Shown one piece after another: positions 34,411 to 44,876 of a stretch of 64,000 bases of DNA. The stretch comes from Elusimicrobiota bacterium (GTDB lineage: Bacteria > Elusimicrobiota > Elusimicrobia > UBA1565 > UBA9628). The stretch lies in contig JACQPJ010000041.1 of NCBI GenBank assembly GCA_016207605.1, positions 4,264 through 68,263 of the forward strand, written 5' to 3'. Under the pieces are notes generated by a model. It did not search any database, was not told the DNA's origin, and saw nothing but the letters and a program-made list of their open reading frames with translations. Each line of letters opens with the position of its first letter. The stretch's first letter is position 1. Both the position numbers and the translations under genes were made by a program.

Positions 34411-35024
34411 TAGGGCGCGGGCACGACGGGCTTGAGGGGCTCCTCGGGCTTGACCGCGGGCTCGGTGGAAGGGGCGTCGCCGGAGATGCGGCGCGAGGAC
34501 GTCCCCGTGACCGCGCCGAAGCCGTCCACGACGCGCTTGACGATCCGGGGGGCCAGCACGCTCCAGATCTGCTCGCGGGCCTGCTCCTCGGTCAGGCCGC
34601 CCGAGAGCGTCGCCGAGGGATAGACGAGGGAGCTTTCGATATTCTTCTCGGTCCAAAGCGCCTGGTTCGCCCGCCGGTCCACGAATTGGACCTCCACCAG
34701 GATGCGCAGCTTGTAGGCCGCCGGGGCCAGCGTGGCGTCGTACTGCGTCACGACCAGCAGGTAGCGCGTGACCGTGACCCAGACGAGCCCGTCGGCGTCC
34801 TCCTCGGGGACCAGGGGGTAGCGCCCGTCGCGCAGGAACTCGTCGCGCACGGCCAGCGCCAGCTTGTCCTCCAGCCCGAACTGCTGGGTCTTGTTGGCGA
34901 CCGGCCGCAGGGCCAGCTTCTGGATGCCGTGGGGCAGGAGCTGGGGCGCGGGGGTGTAGGCGACGTCGGGGCCGCCGCAGGCGGCCAGCAGCGTGGTCAG
35001 CAGGAGCGGAAGGGATCGGCGCAT
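34407..35024 (-). CDS. lptE: LPS-assembly lipoprotein LptE (RlpB-like)
   Basis: 205 aa. Lipobox LLAAC after MRRSLPLLLTT. Sits in the conserved leuS-lptE-holA order. The assignment rests mainly on synteny and size. Confidence 0.55.
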   Translation of the reverse strand: MRRSLPLLLTTLLAACGGPDVAYTPAPQLLPHGIQKLALRPVANKTQQFGLEDKLALAVRDEFLRDGRYPLVPEEDADGLVWVTVTRYLLVVTQYDATLAPAAYKLRILVEVQFVDRRANQALWTEKNIESSLVYPSATLSGGLTEEQAREQIWSVLAPRIVKRVVDGFGAVTGTSSRRISGDAPSTEPAVKPEEPLKPVVPAPY

Positions 35025-35025
35025 G

Positions 35026-37545
35026 TCATTTCACCACGAGGTTGACGAGTTTTTTTGGGATCACGATCTTTTTTATGATCGTTTTTCCGCCTACGGCGGC
35101 TTTAACCCTCTCCTCGGCCAGCGCCGCTTCCGTCAACGCGGCTTCCGCCGCGTCGGCCGCCATCTTGAACGTCGCGCGGAGCTTGCCGTTCACTTGCACG
35201 GCATATTCGACGACGGATTCGACGAGTCGGGCGTCGTCCCAGACCGGCCACGGCTGTTTGTGCAGCCGGTCCGCGTGCCCGAGCTTCTCCCATAGTTCTT
35301 CCGTGAGGTGCGGCGCGAACGGGTGGAGCAAGATTAGGAAGGTTTCGAGGTCCGCGGCCGCCGGAACTTTTTCTTTCTGAATTTCGTTCAGATAGATCAT
35401 CAACGACGAAATGCACGTGTTGAACCCGAAGGCCTCCAGGTCCTGCGTCGCCTTCTTGATCGTCCGGTGGCGGAGGGCGGCCAGGCCCTCGTCCGCGGCG
35501 GGGGGGGCCTCCCGCTCGATGATCAGCGTCCGGGCGCGGCGCAGGAAGCGCGAGACGCCCTCGATGCCGCGCATGTCCCAGGGTTTGGCCTGCTCGAAGG
35601 GGCCCATGAACATCTCGTAGAGCCGGAACGCGTCGGCCCCGTGGCGCGCGAGCACGGCGTCGGGGTTGACGACGTTCTTCTTCGACTTGGACATCTTCTC
35701 GACCTGCTCGGCGAGGACCTCGCCAGTGCGGGCGTGCACGGCGCGGCCCTGCTCGTCGCGCTCCACGTCCTCGCAGGCGCGGTAGGCGCCCTTGGCGTCG
35801 CGGTAGGAATAGGAGAGGATCATGCCCTGGTGGCGGAGCTTGGCGAAGGGTTCCTTGGTCGAGACGAAGCCCAGGTCAAAGAGCACTTTGTGCCAAAAGC
35901 GCGCATAGAGAAGGTGCAAGACGGCGTGCTCGGCTCCGCCCACGTAGCAGTCCACGGGCCCCCAAGCCTTCTCCACGGCCGGGTCCCAGGCCGCGCAAGC
36001 GTTCTTGGGATCGAGGAAGCGAAGGTAGTACCAGCAGGAGCCCGCCCATTGCGGCATGGTGTTGGTTTCGCGCTTGGCCGGCCCGCCGCAGTTCGGGCAT
36101 TTCACGTTCACCCACGCGGCGACCGCGGCCAGCGGCGACTCGCCCGTGCCGGTGGGCTTGTAGTCGCTCACCTCGGGCAGGCGCACGGGGAGCTGGTCCT
36201 TGGGGACGGGGACCAGGCCGCAGGCCGCGCAATGGACGATGGGGATGGGCTCGCCCCAGTAGCGCTGGCGCGAGAAGAGCCAGTCCCGGAGCTTGTAGTG
36301 GACTGCACCGCGGCCGAGTTTTTTGGATTTCAGCCAGGAAACAATTTTTTTCTTGGCCGCGGGCGTGGACAAACCGTCCAAAAAGCTCGAATTGATCGCC
36401 GTCCCATCGCCGTCATAGGCATGATTCGGCTCGATCGCGGCCCCGGCGGGGGGGGCGACGACGGGAACGATCGGCAGCTTGTATTTGCGGGCGAACTCGA
36501 AGTCGCGCTGGTCGTGGGCAGGCACGGCCATGATGGCGCCCGTGCCGTAGGAGGCCAAAACATAGTCCGCGATCCAGACCGGGATTTTCTTTCCATTGAC
36601 GGGGTTGACGGCATAGCCTCCCGTGAAGACCCCGGTTTTCCCTTTTTGCAGCTCAGCGCGCTCCAAATCAGATTTAGACCGCGCGGCGATCAAATACGCT
36701 TCGACCGAGGATTTTTGAGAGAGCGCCGTCAGCGGCGCGACTAAGGGATGCTCAGGGGCGAGAATCATGTACGTCGCGCCGAATAACGTGTCGGGGCGCG
36801 TGGTGAAGACCTTGAACTCGCCGCCGGCCTCGGTCCGGAAAACGACCTCGGCGCCCTCGGAGCGGCCGATCCAGTGCCTCTGCATCGCGAGCGTGGACTC
36901 GGGCCAATCCAGGCCCTCGAGATCCTTTTCGAGGCGGTCCGCGTAGGCCGTGATCTTGAGCGCCCACTGGCGCAGATTCTTGCGCTCGACCTTGGTTGCG
37001 CAGCGCTCGCAGGCGCCGTCATGCACTTCCTCGTTCGCCAGCCCGGTCTTGCACGAAGGGCACCAGTTGATGGGCAAGGTCGCCTCGTAGGCGAGGCCCT
37101 TCTTGAAGAGCTGGAGGAAAATCCATTGCGTCCAACGGTAGTAACCGGGGTCCGTGGTGTCGAGCTCGCGGTCCCAGTCGTAGGAGAAGCCCAGCGCCTG
37201 GATCTGACGCTTGAAGTTGGCGACGTTGTCGCGCGTGACCTTGGCCGGGTGCGCGCCCGTGGCGATGGCGAAGTTCTCGGCGGGCAGGCCGAAGGCGTCC
37301 CAGCCCATCGGGTGCAGGACGTCGAAGCCGCGCATGCGCTTGTAGCGGCAGAGGATGTCGGTGGCGGTGTAGCCTTCGGGGTGGCCGACGTGCAGCCCCG
37401 CCGCGGAGGGATAGGGGAACATGTCCAGGCAGTAGAACTTCCTGCCCGGGCGCGGGACGCGCGGCGCCTTGAACGCGCCCTCGGCCTCCCAGCGCCCCTG
37501 CCACTTGCGCTCGATCTCGGCGAACGGGATCGCCTCGGTCTTCAC
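35026..37545 (-). CDS. leuS: Leucine-tRNA ligase
   Basis: 839 aa. HIGH-type motif (LHVGHPEGY), KMSKS, and the CP1 editing-domain insertion. Confidence 0.95.
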   Translation of the reverse strand: MKTEAIPFAEIERKWQGRWEAEGAFKAPRVPRPGRKFYCLDMFPYPSAAGLHVGHPEGYTATDILCRYKRMRGFDVLHPMGWDAFGLPAENFAIATGAHPAKVTRDNVANFKRQIQALGFSYDWDRELDTTDPGYYRWTQWIFLQLFKKGLAYEATLPINWCPSCKTGLANEEVHDGACERCATKVERKNLRQWALKITAYADRLEKDLEGLDWPESTLAMQRHWIGRSEGAEVVFRTEAGGEFKVFTTRPDTLFGATYMILAPEHPLVAPLTALSQKSSVEAYLIAARSKSDLERAELQKGKTGVFTGGYAVNPVNGKKIPVWIADYVLASYGTGAIMAVPAHDQRDFEFARKYKLPIVPVVAPPAGAAIEPNHAYDGDGTAINSSFLDGLSTPAAKKKIVSWLKSKKLGRGAVHYKLRDWLFSRQRYWGEPIPIVHCAACGLVPVPKDQLPVRLPEVSDYKPTGTGESPLAAVAAWVNVKCPNCGGPAKRETNTMPQWAGSCWYYLRFLDPKNACAAWDPAVEKAWGPVDCYVGGAEHAVLHLLYARFWHKVLFDLGFVSTKEPFAKLRHQGMILSYSYRDAKGAYRACEDVERDEQGRAVHARTGEVLAEQVEKMSKSKKNVVNPDAVLARHGADAFRLYEMFMGPFEQAKPWDMRGIEGVSRFLRRARTLIIEREAPPAADEGLAALRHRTIKKATQDLEAFGFNTCISSLMIYLNEIQKEKVPAAADLETFLILLHPFAPHLTEELWEKLGHADRLHKQPWPVWDDARLVESVVEYAVQVNGKLRATFKMAADAAEAALTEAALAEERVKAAVGGKTIIKKIVIPKKLVNLVVK

Positions 37546-37588
37546 TTTCAGATTATAGGTTACTTCAGTCGAGCCCGAGCGCGAAGCG

Positions 37589-39013
37589 CTATTTCGCGGC
37601 GCTGGAGACGACGACCTCGGCGGGGGGCGCGGCCAGGCGGCCGCGCCAGACGCCGGCGCGCACGGTCGAGGTGGAGTACAGGAAGTCGGTCGCGTATTGG
37701 AGCGCGTAGCTCGTCGTTGCGGCGGCCAGCAGCGGGCCGGCCGCGTCGCGGTCCTGCTCGAAGCACAGCGTCTTGTTCGGGGGGATCTTCACCTGCTCCG
37801 TGACCAGTCGTGCGGTCGCGCTGGAGGCGAGTTGGGAGAACGGCTCGGGGGCGCGGTTGAAGCCCAGGACCGCGCCGCGCGCGCCGGGATCGCGCACGAA
37901 GTCCAGGAAGGCGCTGCGCCCGCCGGCGTTCTGGATCTCGACGAGCAAGGTCACCGTCTCCCCAGGCGCGTAGGCGGGCTTGAGGGGGCGCACGCGCGCG
38001 CGCAGGCCGCCGGCGGCGCGTCCCCAGGGGGGCGCGGGGGGGAGATCGGCCCGCGCGCAGGCCGGCGAGCGGGCGAGGGGGTCCTCGGGGCGGGGCTTGA
38101 GCCTGGCGTCGAGGTCGAGCGCGAGGAGGGAGTACGGGTCGACGCGCGCCTCGCCGAGCTTGAGCGCCCAGTGGAGGTGCGGTCCGGTGACGCGGCCCGT
38201 CGCGCCGACCCGGCCGATGAGCTGGCCCTTGCGGATCGGATCGCCGGGCTGGACCAGGATGCGCGAGAGGTGCGCGTAGAGCGTGGTCAGGCCCAGGCCG
38301 TGGTCGAGCACCACGGTCTTGCCCGAGAAGAACAGGGTTCCCGCCAGGGCCGCCCGTCCCGCCGCCGGCGCGCGCACGGGCGCGCCCGTCTTGGCGCGCA
38401 GGTCCGCGCCCGAGTGGGGCGCGCGCGGCTGGCCGTTGAAGACGCGCCGCCGGCCGAAGCCGGAGGCCGCGGCGGCTCCGGGGATGGGCGGCGCGAAGGC
38501 GCCCTCGAAGAGGCGCGGGGCCTGCGGCCGCGCGAACAGGCGGTGCAGGGCGGCCGCCTCGCTCTCGGCGCGCTCCAGGTCGGATTTCGGCAGCGTGACG
38601 TAGCCCTCGGGGACGCTGAGCGCCTCGATGGGGAAGCGCGCCGCGCGCACGAAGAGGGTCTTTTGCGTCCGCGCCGCGCGTCCGGCGGGGTCGCGCAGGA
38701 CCGCCTCCAGCCGCGCGGGGCCCGTCGAGGCGTCGAGATCGAGGGCCGCGAGGGCCAGCCAGGTGCCCGTCGAGGCGCCGGGAAAGAAGCTCAGGTCCTT
38801 GCCGCGCAGGGAGGCCGAGGGCGGCGCGACGGGGTCGGCGCCCTCGACGACGACGAGCAGGACTTCTCCGGGCCTGACCGCGCGCGACTCGACCGACAGG
38901 CGGGGTCCCGCCGCCGCGGGAGCCGGGCCTCGACCCTTCGGGCTCGGCACGGGCGCCGCGGAGGAAAGCCTTGTAGCGCCTAGGGCCGCGGCCAGCAGCA
39001 GGGCCGCGGTCAC
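37589..39013 (-). CDS. Secreted M23 family metallopeptidase with additional N- and C-terminal domains
   Basis: 474 aa. Signal [14 protein letters not shown]23 motifs HSGADL and [13 protein letters not shown]. Confidence 0.8.
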   Translation of the reverse strand: MTAALLLAAALGATRLSSAAPVPSPKGRGPAPAAAGPRLSVESRAVRPGEVLLVVVEGADPVAPPSASLRGKDLSFFPGASTGTWLALAALDLDASTGPARLEAVLRDPAGRAARTQKTLFVRAARFPIEALSVPEGYVTLPKSDLERAESEAAALHRLFARPQAPRLFEGAFAPPIPGAAAASGFGRRRVFNGQPRAPHSGADLRAKTGAPVRAPAAGRAALAGTLFFSGKTVVLDHGLGLTTLYAHLSRILVQPGDPIRKGQLIGRVGATGRVTGPHLHWALKLGEARVDPYSLLALDLDARLKPRPEDPLARSPACARADLPPAPPWGRAAGGLRARVRPLKPAYAPGETVTLLVEIQNAGGRSAFLDFVRDPGARGAVLGFNRAPEPFSQLASSATARLVTEQVKIPPNKTLCFEQDRDAAGPLLAAATTSYALQYATDFLYSTSTVRAGVWRGRLAAPPAEVVVSSAAK

Positions 39014-39471
39014 CGCGCGGCCTTCCCCAGCCCGGCCAGTATCTCATCCTGGAGCCGGAACATGCGCGCCTGGGCCCGGGGCGCGGCGTCGTCGTGGCCG
39101 AGCAGATGCAGGGCGCCGTGCGCGGCGAGGATCAGGGCCTCGCGCAGGACGGAGTGGCCCTGGCCGGCGGCCTGGATCCGCGCCAGGAAGCCGGAGACAT
39201 AAATATCGCCGAACCCCTGCTCCGTCGTCGGCGCAGCGGCGATCATTTCGTGGCGAAAGGCAAGGACGTCCGTGTCCCAGTCGTGACCCAGGAACTCGAG
39301 ATTCAGCCGGCGCATCTGTTGGCGCGTCTGGAACACGACGGAAACCTCGCCCTGGGCCTGCGTCCGCGCGAAGGCGCGGCGCACGGCGGCCTCAAAGAGG
39401 CGGGGCCTGCGCGCCGAGGGGGGCAGGCGGGACAGTCCCGCGACGCGGACGGTCAGTCCTCGGCGTCCCAT
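39010..39471 (-). CDS. ybeY: rRNA maturation endoribonuclease YbeY
   Basis: 153 aa with the zinc motif [11 protein letters not shown]. Its stop overlaps the M23 start as ATGA. Confidence 0.85.
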   Translation of the reverse strand: MGRRGLTVRVAGLSRLPPSARRPRLFEAAVRRAFARTQAQGEVSVVFQTRQQMRRLNLEFLGHDWDTDVLAFRHEMIAAAPTTEQGFGDIYVSGFLARIQAAGQGHSVLREALILAAHGALHLLGHDDAAPRAQARMFRLQDEILAGLGKAAR

Positions 39472-40409
39472 CGGTCGTAGGCGCGGATGAGGCGCTTGAC
39501 CAGGGGATGTCGCACGACGTCGCCCTCGGCCAGATGCGCGACCGCCACGCCCTCGACGCCCTTGAGCACCTCCAGCGCGCGCGTCAGCCCCGATGGGACG
39601 CGGCTGGGCAGGTCGCTCTGCGTGAGGTCTCCGGTCACCACGGCCTTGGAACCCGGGCCCATGCGGGTCAGGAACATCTTCATCTGCTCGGGGGTGGTGT
39701 TCTGCGCCTCGTCGAGGATCATGAAGGCGTCCTCGAAGGTGCGCCCGCGCATGTAGGCCAGCGGCACGATCTCGACCACCTCGTCATCGCGCCAGGAGCG
39801 GAAGCGCTCGGGCCCCAGCAGCGAGTAGAAGGCGTCGTAAAGCGGGCGCAGGTAGGGGTTGACCTTCTCGATGAGGTCGCCGGGCAGGAAGCCCAGGCGC
39901 TCGCCCGCCTCCATGACGGGGCGCGAGAGGATCACTTTCGCGGCGCGGCGCGACTCCAGCGCCCGCAGGGCGCAGGCCACCGCCAGGTACGTCTTACCCG
40001 TCCCCGCCGGGCCCACGCCGAAGGTGAGGTCGTGCGCGGCGACGGCCTCGACGTAGCGGCGCTGGTTGGGCGAGCGGGGCCGGATCACGCGGCCCTGGTG
40101 CGAGCGAAAGAGGCCGTCCTCGGGCAGGCTGGGCGCGTCCAGGTTGAGCGGTTCCAGGCCGCGCGGCTCGGCCGCGGGCGCGGCCCGGCGGCGCAGGGCG
40201 TCGAGCTCCTCGCGCAGGCGCCGCGCGGCCTTCTCCGCGCGCGCCGCCGATCCGCGCACGATCAAGACGATTTCCCCGCTGTCTCCCTCCTGGCGCAGGA
40301 GGATTTCGACCCCGAAGTCCCGCTCCAGCTCCCTCAGCCGCGCGTCCTGGTGCCCCAGCAGGCGCACCGCCTCCTGATGGTCGTTGAGGCGTATGTTTTT
40401 CGTGGTCAT
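39453..40409 (-). CDS. phoH: PhoH family ATPase
   Basis: 318 aa. Walker [10 protein letters not shown] and Walker [10 protein letters not shown]. Conserved phoH-ybeY order. Confidence 0.85.
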   Translation of the reverse strand: MTTKNIRLNDHQEAVRLLGHQDARLRELERDFGVEILLRQEGDSGEIVLIVRGSAARAEKAARRLREELDALRRRAAPAAEPRGLEPLNLDAPSLPEDGLFRSHQGRVIRPRSPNQRRYVEAVAAHDLTFGVGPAGTGKTYLAVACALRALESRRAAKVILSRPVMEAGERLGFLPGDLIEKVNPYLRPLYDAFYSLLGPERFRSWRDDEVVEIVPLAYMRGRTFEDAFMILDEAQNTTPEQMKMFLTRMGPGSKAVVTGDLTQSDLPSRVPSGLTRALEVLKGVEGVAVAHLAEGDVVRHPLVKRLIRAYDRWDAED

Positions 40410-40462
40410 CCCCGCGTCATTTTAACCTATATAATCAGGACGTTCACGGGAGAACGTCCATC

Positions 40463-40636
40463 ATGAACGAATGGGCGCGTTATATGAAGCGCCTCAAGCG
40501 GTTCAATGACTGGGAGAAGGCAAATCCCCGGCTATTGACTTTCGAGCAGGCCCTCGAAATCCGCGAGGAACTTGCCGCGTTGCGGCGCGGGTTCGCCGCG
40601 GAGCGGAGGGAGTCTCAAGCGGAGGACGGGCCTTGA
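40463..40636 (+). CDS. Small hypothetical protein (57 aa), not in the ORF track
   Basis: ATG 40463 to TGA 40634-40636 reads MNEWARYMKRLKRFNDWEKANPRLLTFEQALEIREELAALRRGFAAERRESQAEDGP. Preceded by TATAAT (40430-40435) and the perfect inverted repeat GGACGTTC-n6-GAACGTCC (40438-40459). Confidence 0.3.
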   Translation: MNEWARYMKRLKRFNDWEKANPRLLTFEQALEIREELAALRRGFAAERRESQAEDGP

Positions 40637-40649
40637 TCGGTTTTCGTCG

Positions 40650-41636
40650 CTACTTGTCTATGGTGGTCGGTCGATTGCCGATGGAGTCCGCGGTGCCTCC
40701 GTACACAGGCGCGGATGAGTTTATGCGTTTCTTGAGGTTCTTCAGCAGCGCTTGCTCCCGTTCCGCCACGGCCCTGGGACGCTGCGGCAGCATGGCCGGA
40801 ATGTCGACGTTCCAGTATTGATTGACCTCGCGGCCCCAATTCTTCAGCGTGATTGTGTAGAAATTGTCCGATGCCGCTCTGTCTGCCATGTCGAGATGTT
40901 TCAAGCGCGCTGCGCTGTCGGCCAGGAGATTTATTCCGGAATCTGTTGGCGTGCCTACGTGGGTCTTAAATACATTCCAGAACTCTTCGACCTGCCGGCG
41001 CATTTCAGCGAGTCGTAGTCTGAGAAGTTCCGGATGATAGAACTGGGGCTGCTCCGGCTTGGCCGCTTTTTGCGCGGCCACTATGTTCCCGATGATGAGT
41101 CGGTATGCCTTCACCTGGTCATGCCGATAGCCCAATTCCCGCATGACGCAGACGATTTTATCGTAGTCGTCTTTGCCCTGGCGGATGATCGGCGTCCGGG
41201 CGTCTTGGGCGCACCACCCCGCCTTCCGGCGCAGCTCAGCCCACGGAAGCTCGGGGCTTCCTGCAGCGGCGGAGCAGGGCGCGTCCCAAACCTTCGTGTA
41301 GCGGTAGGCGACCAGATTCTCGGCGTCGCCGCCGGCGGAAGCCTGGCCCGGCAGTTGCGCTTTTTCAATCTCGCTTTTGGCCTGGTTCTCCTGCGTTGGC
41401 AGAAAATGCGCCATGTAGCCCTTCAGCGGGGCGCATGTCCCGGCGGACTGTGTCTCAAAAAAGTCGCTCAAGGTCTGCAGGTTCTGGTCCGCGGCTGAGC
41501 AGTTGCCGCTGGCTTGCGGCAGGTCTTTGAGAGCCGGCCAGACGGCGTCCTCCGCTGAGTTTCTGCAATTGAACGTTGCGTGCGAGAGGGCTGCGAGACA
41601 GGACAGCAGCAGGGCGAGCAGGGCGGCGGATTTCAT
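40650..41636 (-). CDS. Secreted Cys-containing hypothetical protein in an AT-richer segment
   Basis: ORF track, 328 aa. Signal MKSAALLALLLSCLAALSHA. Six further Cys residues. GGGAGGA Shine-Dalgarno 4 nt before the ATG. Confidence 0.55.
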   Translation of the reverse strand: MKSAALLALLLSCLAALSHATFNCRNSAEDAVWPALKDLPQASGNCSAADQNLQTLSDFFETQSAGTCAPLKGYMAHFLPTQENQAKSEIEKAQLPGQASAGGDAENLVAYRYTKVWDAPCSAAAGSPELPWAELRRKAGWCAQDARTPIIRQGKDDYDKIVCVMRELGYRHDQVKAYRLIIGNIVAAQKAAKPEQPQFYHPELLRLRLAEMRRQVEEFWNVFKTHVGTPTDSGINLLADSAARLKHLDMADRAASDNFYTITLKNWGREVNQYWNVDIPAMLPQRPRAVAEREQALLKNLKKRINSSAPVYGGTADSIGNRPTTIDK

Positions 41637-41668
41637 GCGTTCCTCCCGGGACGGCGCGGCTCCCAGGA

Positions 41669-41697
41669 AGTATGGGGGAGACCCCTTGCGTTGTCAA
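41669..41697 (-). promoter_or_regulatory. Sigma70-like promoter of the 328-aa secreted-protein gene
   Basis: On the minus strand: TTGACA (41697-41692), a 17-nt spacer, then CATACT (41674-41669). This predicts a ~26-nt 5' UTR containing GGGAGGA. Confidence 0.4.
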
Positions 41698-41710
41698 GGG
41701 CGGATCAGGG

Positions 41711-42880
41711 TCAGGAAACGCGGAGGAACAAGGCGGCGGAGAGCAGCGCGCCGGCCAAGCAGGACGCCCACAGGGCCGCCGCGCCGAAAGCGTCCAGGAG
41801 ATGGGCGCCGAGCAGGGGGCCGAGGAGCAGGGCGAGGCTGAAGGCGGCGCTGTAGAGGCCCATGTAGCTGCCGCGTCGGGCGGCGGGGGCGATGTCGGCG
41901 ACGTAGTTGGAGGCGCTGGGAAGCAGGATCATCTCGCCGAAGGTCCAGACCGCGACGGTTGCGGCGACGGCCCAGGGCCCGCGGACGAAGGCCAGGGCTC
42001 CGAACCCCGCGGCGAAGAGGGCGGCTCCGAGGGCCAGGGCCCGGCCGTGCGGCCAATGGGCGGTCTTGAGGTTGAGGGGCATCTCGATGAAGATGATGAG
42101 CGCGGTGTTGACCACGAACAGGAGCCCGTAGGCCCGCGTGGAGAAGCCCAGGTCGCGCACGAGGAAGAGGGGCAGGGTGGATTCGTGCTGAAAGAAGACC
42201 ATGGCCGCCGGGATGAGGGCGAGAAGAAAATAGCGCAGGCGCGGGTCTCCCGCCGCGCCCCGCAGGGACGCGGCGATGGAGTGCGCGGGCCCGGGGGCCG
42301 CTCCGGCGCGGGCGCGTCCGCGCAGCGCCCGCCAGAGGAAGGCGCCCGCCAGCAGGCTCGTCAAGCCGTCCACCGCGAAGAGCGCCGCGAAGGACCACTG
42401 GGCCAGGAGGCCCCCGACGACGGGGCCGACGCTCATCCCCAAGTTGATGGCCAGGCGGTTGAGCGAGAAGGCGGTCTTGCGCCTGGCCGGGGGCGCCAGT
42501 TCGCTCGTCACGGACAGGCCCGCGGGCCCGAAGAGATGGGCGGCCAGGGCCCAGGCCGGCGTGAGCAGGAGGACGGCGAACGGGGAGGCGGCCAGCGGGT
42601 AGAGCAGCACGACGGCTCCGGACGCGCACAGGGAGGCGGTCATCAGGGGGGCCGCGCCCCAGCGGTCGCAGAGCCAGCCGCTCAAGGGGCCGGCGGCGAG
42701 AGCGCCCGCGCCGTAGGCGCCCAGGACCGTGCCGGCCTGGGACACGGTGAAGCCGCGCCGCTGGGTCAGGTAGAGGGCCAGGAAGGGCAGAGCCATGGTT
42801 CCCATCCGGTTGATGAGATGGGCCCAGAAGAGGGCGCGCAGCTCCCGCGGGGACTGGCGCAGCTCGCGCAGGGCGCGCAT
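41711..42880 (-). CDS. MFS transporter
   Basis: Internal ATG at 42880 ([27 protein letters not shown]...) chosen, giving 389 aa and about 12 hydrophobic segments. The ATG shares one base with the glgC stop (TGATG). Confidence 0.75.
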   Translation of the reverse strand: MRALRELRQSPRELRALFWAHLINRMGTMALPFLALYLTQRRGFTVSQAGTVLGAYGAGALAAGPLSGWLCDRWGAAPLMTASLCASGAVVLLYPLAASPFAVLLLTPAWALAAHLFGPAGLSVTSELAPPARRKTAFSLNRLAINLGMSVGPVVGGLLAQWSFAALFAVDGLTSLLAGAFLWRALRGRARAGAAPGPAHSIAASLRGAAGDPRLRYFLLALIPAAMVFFQHESTLPLFLVRDLGFSTRAYGLLFVVNTALIIFIEMPLNLKTAHWPHGRALALGAALFAAGFGALAFVRGPWAVAATVAVWTFGEMILLPSASNYVADIAPAARRGSYMGLYSAAFSLALLLGPLLGAHLLDAFGAAALWASCLAGALLSAALFLRVS

Positions 42881-44130
42881 CAGCGCGTGACGAGGGTCTT
42901 GCCGCGGGGCACGACGACGATGCCCGTCGGATCGACGAACCAGCGCCGGGCGTCCTCGCCGCGGTCGAAGCCCAGGCGCGCGCCGGCGGGGATCTCGTTG
43001 AAGCGGTCCACGACGGCGCGGCGCAGGCGGGCCCCGGCGCGGACCTTGCAGAAGTCCATGACGATGGAGTCCTCGATGAGCGCGCCCTCGTGGACGTGGA
43101 CGCCGCGGCCGAGGATGGAGTTGCGGATCGTCGCGCCGCGCACCAGGCAGCCGTCGCTGACGATGCAGTTGCGCAGGCGGCCCCCCAGGATCTTGGCCGG
43201 CGGACCGTCGTAGCGGCCGGAGTGGATGAACCAGCGGCGGTTGTTGAGGTTGAGCTTGGGCCGCGCGCCGAGGATGTCCATGTTGGCCTGGTGGAAGCTG
43301 GCGATGGTCCCCACGTCGCGCCAGTAGGCCGGCTCCTCGTAGGTCTTGGCGCCCGGCAGGACGCTGGAGGAGAAATCGTAGGCGTAGAGGCCGTGCGACT
43401 TGTGGAGGGCGGGCAGGACGTGCCGGCCGAAGTCGAGCTCGCCCTCGCCCTTGTAGCGGCGCGTGAGCAGGTCGACCAGGAGGTCCTTGTTGAGGAGGTA
43501 GTTGCCCATCGAGGCCCGCGCGCGGCGCGGGTCGCCCCGCATGGCCTTGGGGTCGGAGGGCTTCTCCACGAAGCCGAGGACGCGGCCCCGCGCGTCGGTC
43601 TCCAGCAGGCCGAAGGACGACGCGGCCTTGAGCGGGACGGGGGTGGTCGCGATGGTCGCCTCGGCGCCGCGCTCGACGTGCCAGCGGATCATCTGGCCGA
43701 TGTCCATGCGGTAGACGTGGTCGGCGCCGAAGACCGCGACCAGGTCGGGGTCGAAGTCGTGGATGAGGTTGAGGTTCTGGCGCACCGCGTCGGCCGTGCC
43801 GCGGTACCACATGGTGCCCAGGCGCATCTGCGGCGGCACGACGGTGATGAACTGATCGCGCGTGAGGCCCACGGTGCGCCAGTTGGCGCGCAGGTACTCG
43901 ATGAGGCTCTGGGACATGTACTGCACCAGGACGTAGATCGACTGGATGCCGGAGTTGACGAAGTTCGACAGCACGAAGTCGATGATCCGGTACTTGCCGC
44001 CGAAGGGCACGGCGGGCTTGGAGCGGTCGTGCGTGAGCGGGTGCAGGCGCTCGCCCTTGCCGCCCGCCAGGACGACGGCCAGGACGCGCTGGGTGGGCGC
44101 GACGGCGGCCGGCCGGCCGAGGCGGGACAT
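42880..44130 (-). CDS. glgC: Glucose-1-phosphate adenylyltransferase
   Basis: Internal ATG at 44130 ([33 protein letters not shown]...[14 protein letters not shown]) chosen; 416 aa. Confidence 0.85.
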   Translation of the reverse strand: MSRLGRPAAVAPTQRVLAVVLAGGKGERLHPLTHDRSKPAVPFGGKYRIIDFVLSNFVNSGIQSIYVLVQYMSQSLIEYLRANWRTVGLTRDQFITVVPPQMRLGTMWYRGTADAVRQNLNLIHDFDPDLVAVFGADHVYRMDIGQMIRWHVERGAEATIATTPVPLKAASSFGLLETDARGRVLGFVEKPSDPKAMRGDPRRARASMGNYLLNKDLLVDLLTRRYKGEGELDFGRHVLPALHKSHGLYAYDFSSSVLPGAKTYEEPAYWRDVGTIASFHQANMDILGARPKLNLNNRRWFIHSGRYDGPPAKILGGRLRNCIVSDGCLVRGATIRNSILGRGVHVHEGALIEDSIVMDFCKVRAGARLRRAVVDRFNEIPAGARLGFDRGEDARRWFVDPTGIVVVPRGKTLVTR

Positions 44131-44135
44131 GGGCT

Positions 44136-44876
44136 CTATTTCGCCGCGGCTTGCGGGACGGGCAGGGCGGCGCGCTCGGCCGCGATGGCGGCGTTCTCGC
44201 CTTTCCAGCCGTGGCGCAGGAAGGCCTCGTAGGTCCAGGGCATGCGCTCCTTGAAGACGCGGGCCATGGCCTCGCCGTACCGCTGGATCTCCCACTGGGC
44301 ATGGACGTCGGCGCGCAGGGCCACGAAGTTCATCAGGCTGCGCGCGTTGACGGTCCAGTAAAACTCGGTGTAGAGGTTGACGGGCAGGACCATGCGCGCC
44401 ATCTCGCGCGCCACGCCCTGCCCGAGCATCGCCTTGTAGGCCGCGTGCGCGGCCTCGACCTGGGTCTTGAAGAGGCCGTGCAGCGCGGCCTGATCCAGAG
44501 CCGGCGCGGCCACCGAGCCCTGCTTGTTCTTCCGGTCCTGCGCGCGCCAGACCGCGGGCATGTAGAAGTCGTCCTTGACCTCGGTGTAGCGGAAGGAGAC
44601 CTCGTTGTAGGCCGCGAAGCGGTGGCGGAACCACTGCCGCGCCACGAAGATGGGCGCGGCGACGTGGAACTTGAACACCGCGTGCTCGAAGGGCGTCATA
44701 TGCGAGTGGCTCAAGAGGTAGCCGATGAGCTTGCGGTCGGCCTCCGCGCCTTTGGACGTTCCCCCATAGGAGACGCGGGCGGCGTCCACCACGCCCTGGT
44801 CGCCTCCCATGGTCTCGACCAGGCGCACGAAGCCCTTATCGAGGACTTTGATCGTTTCAAGAGAGTTTTCGGTCAT
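44136..44876 (-). CDS. thyX: FAD-dependent thymidylate synthase ThyX
   Basis: Internal ATG at 44876 ([17 protein letters not shown]...) chosen. ThyX motif [17 protein letters not shown]; 246 aa. Confidence 0.85.
   Translation of the reverse strand: MTENSLETIKVLDKGFVRLVETMGGDQGVVDAARVSYGGTSKGAEADRKLIGYLLSHSHMTPFEHAVFKFHVAAPIFVARQWFRHRFAAYNEVSFRYTEVKDDFYMPAVWRAQDRKNKQGSVAAPALDQAALHGLFKTQVEAAHAAYKAMLGQGVAREMARMVLPVNLYTEFYWTVNARSLMNFVALRADVHAQWEIQRYGEAMARVFKERMPWTYEAFLRHGWKGENAAIAAERAALPVPQAAAK

Noticed and set aside
37588-37603. A 16-nt identity, gctatttcgcggcgct, shared between 37588-37603 and 56061-56076.
   Set aside because: Both are the last four codons plus stop (S-A-A-K-TAG) of unrelated minus-strand genes (the M23 peptidase and L27). 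The identity ends at the codon boundary, so it is best explained by chance plus codon bias.
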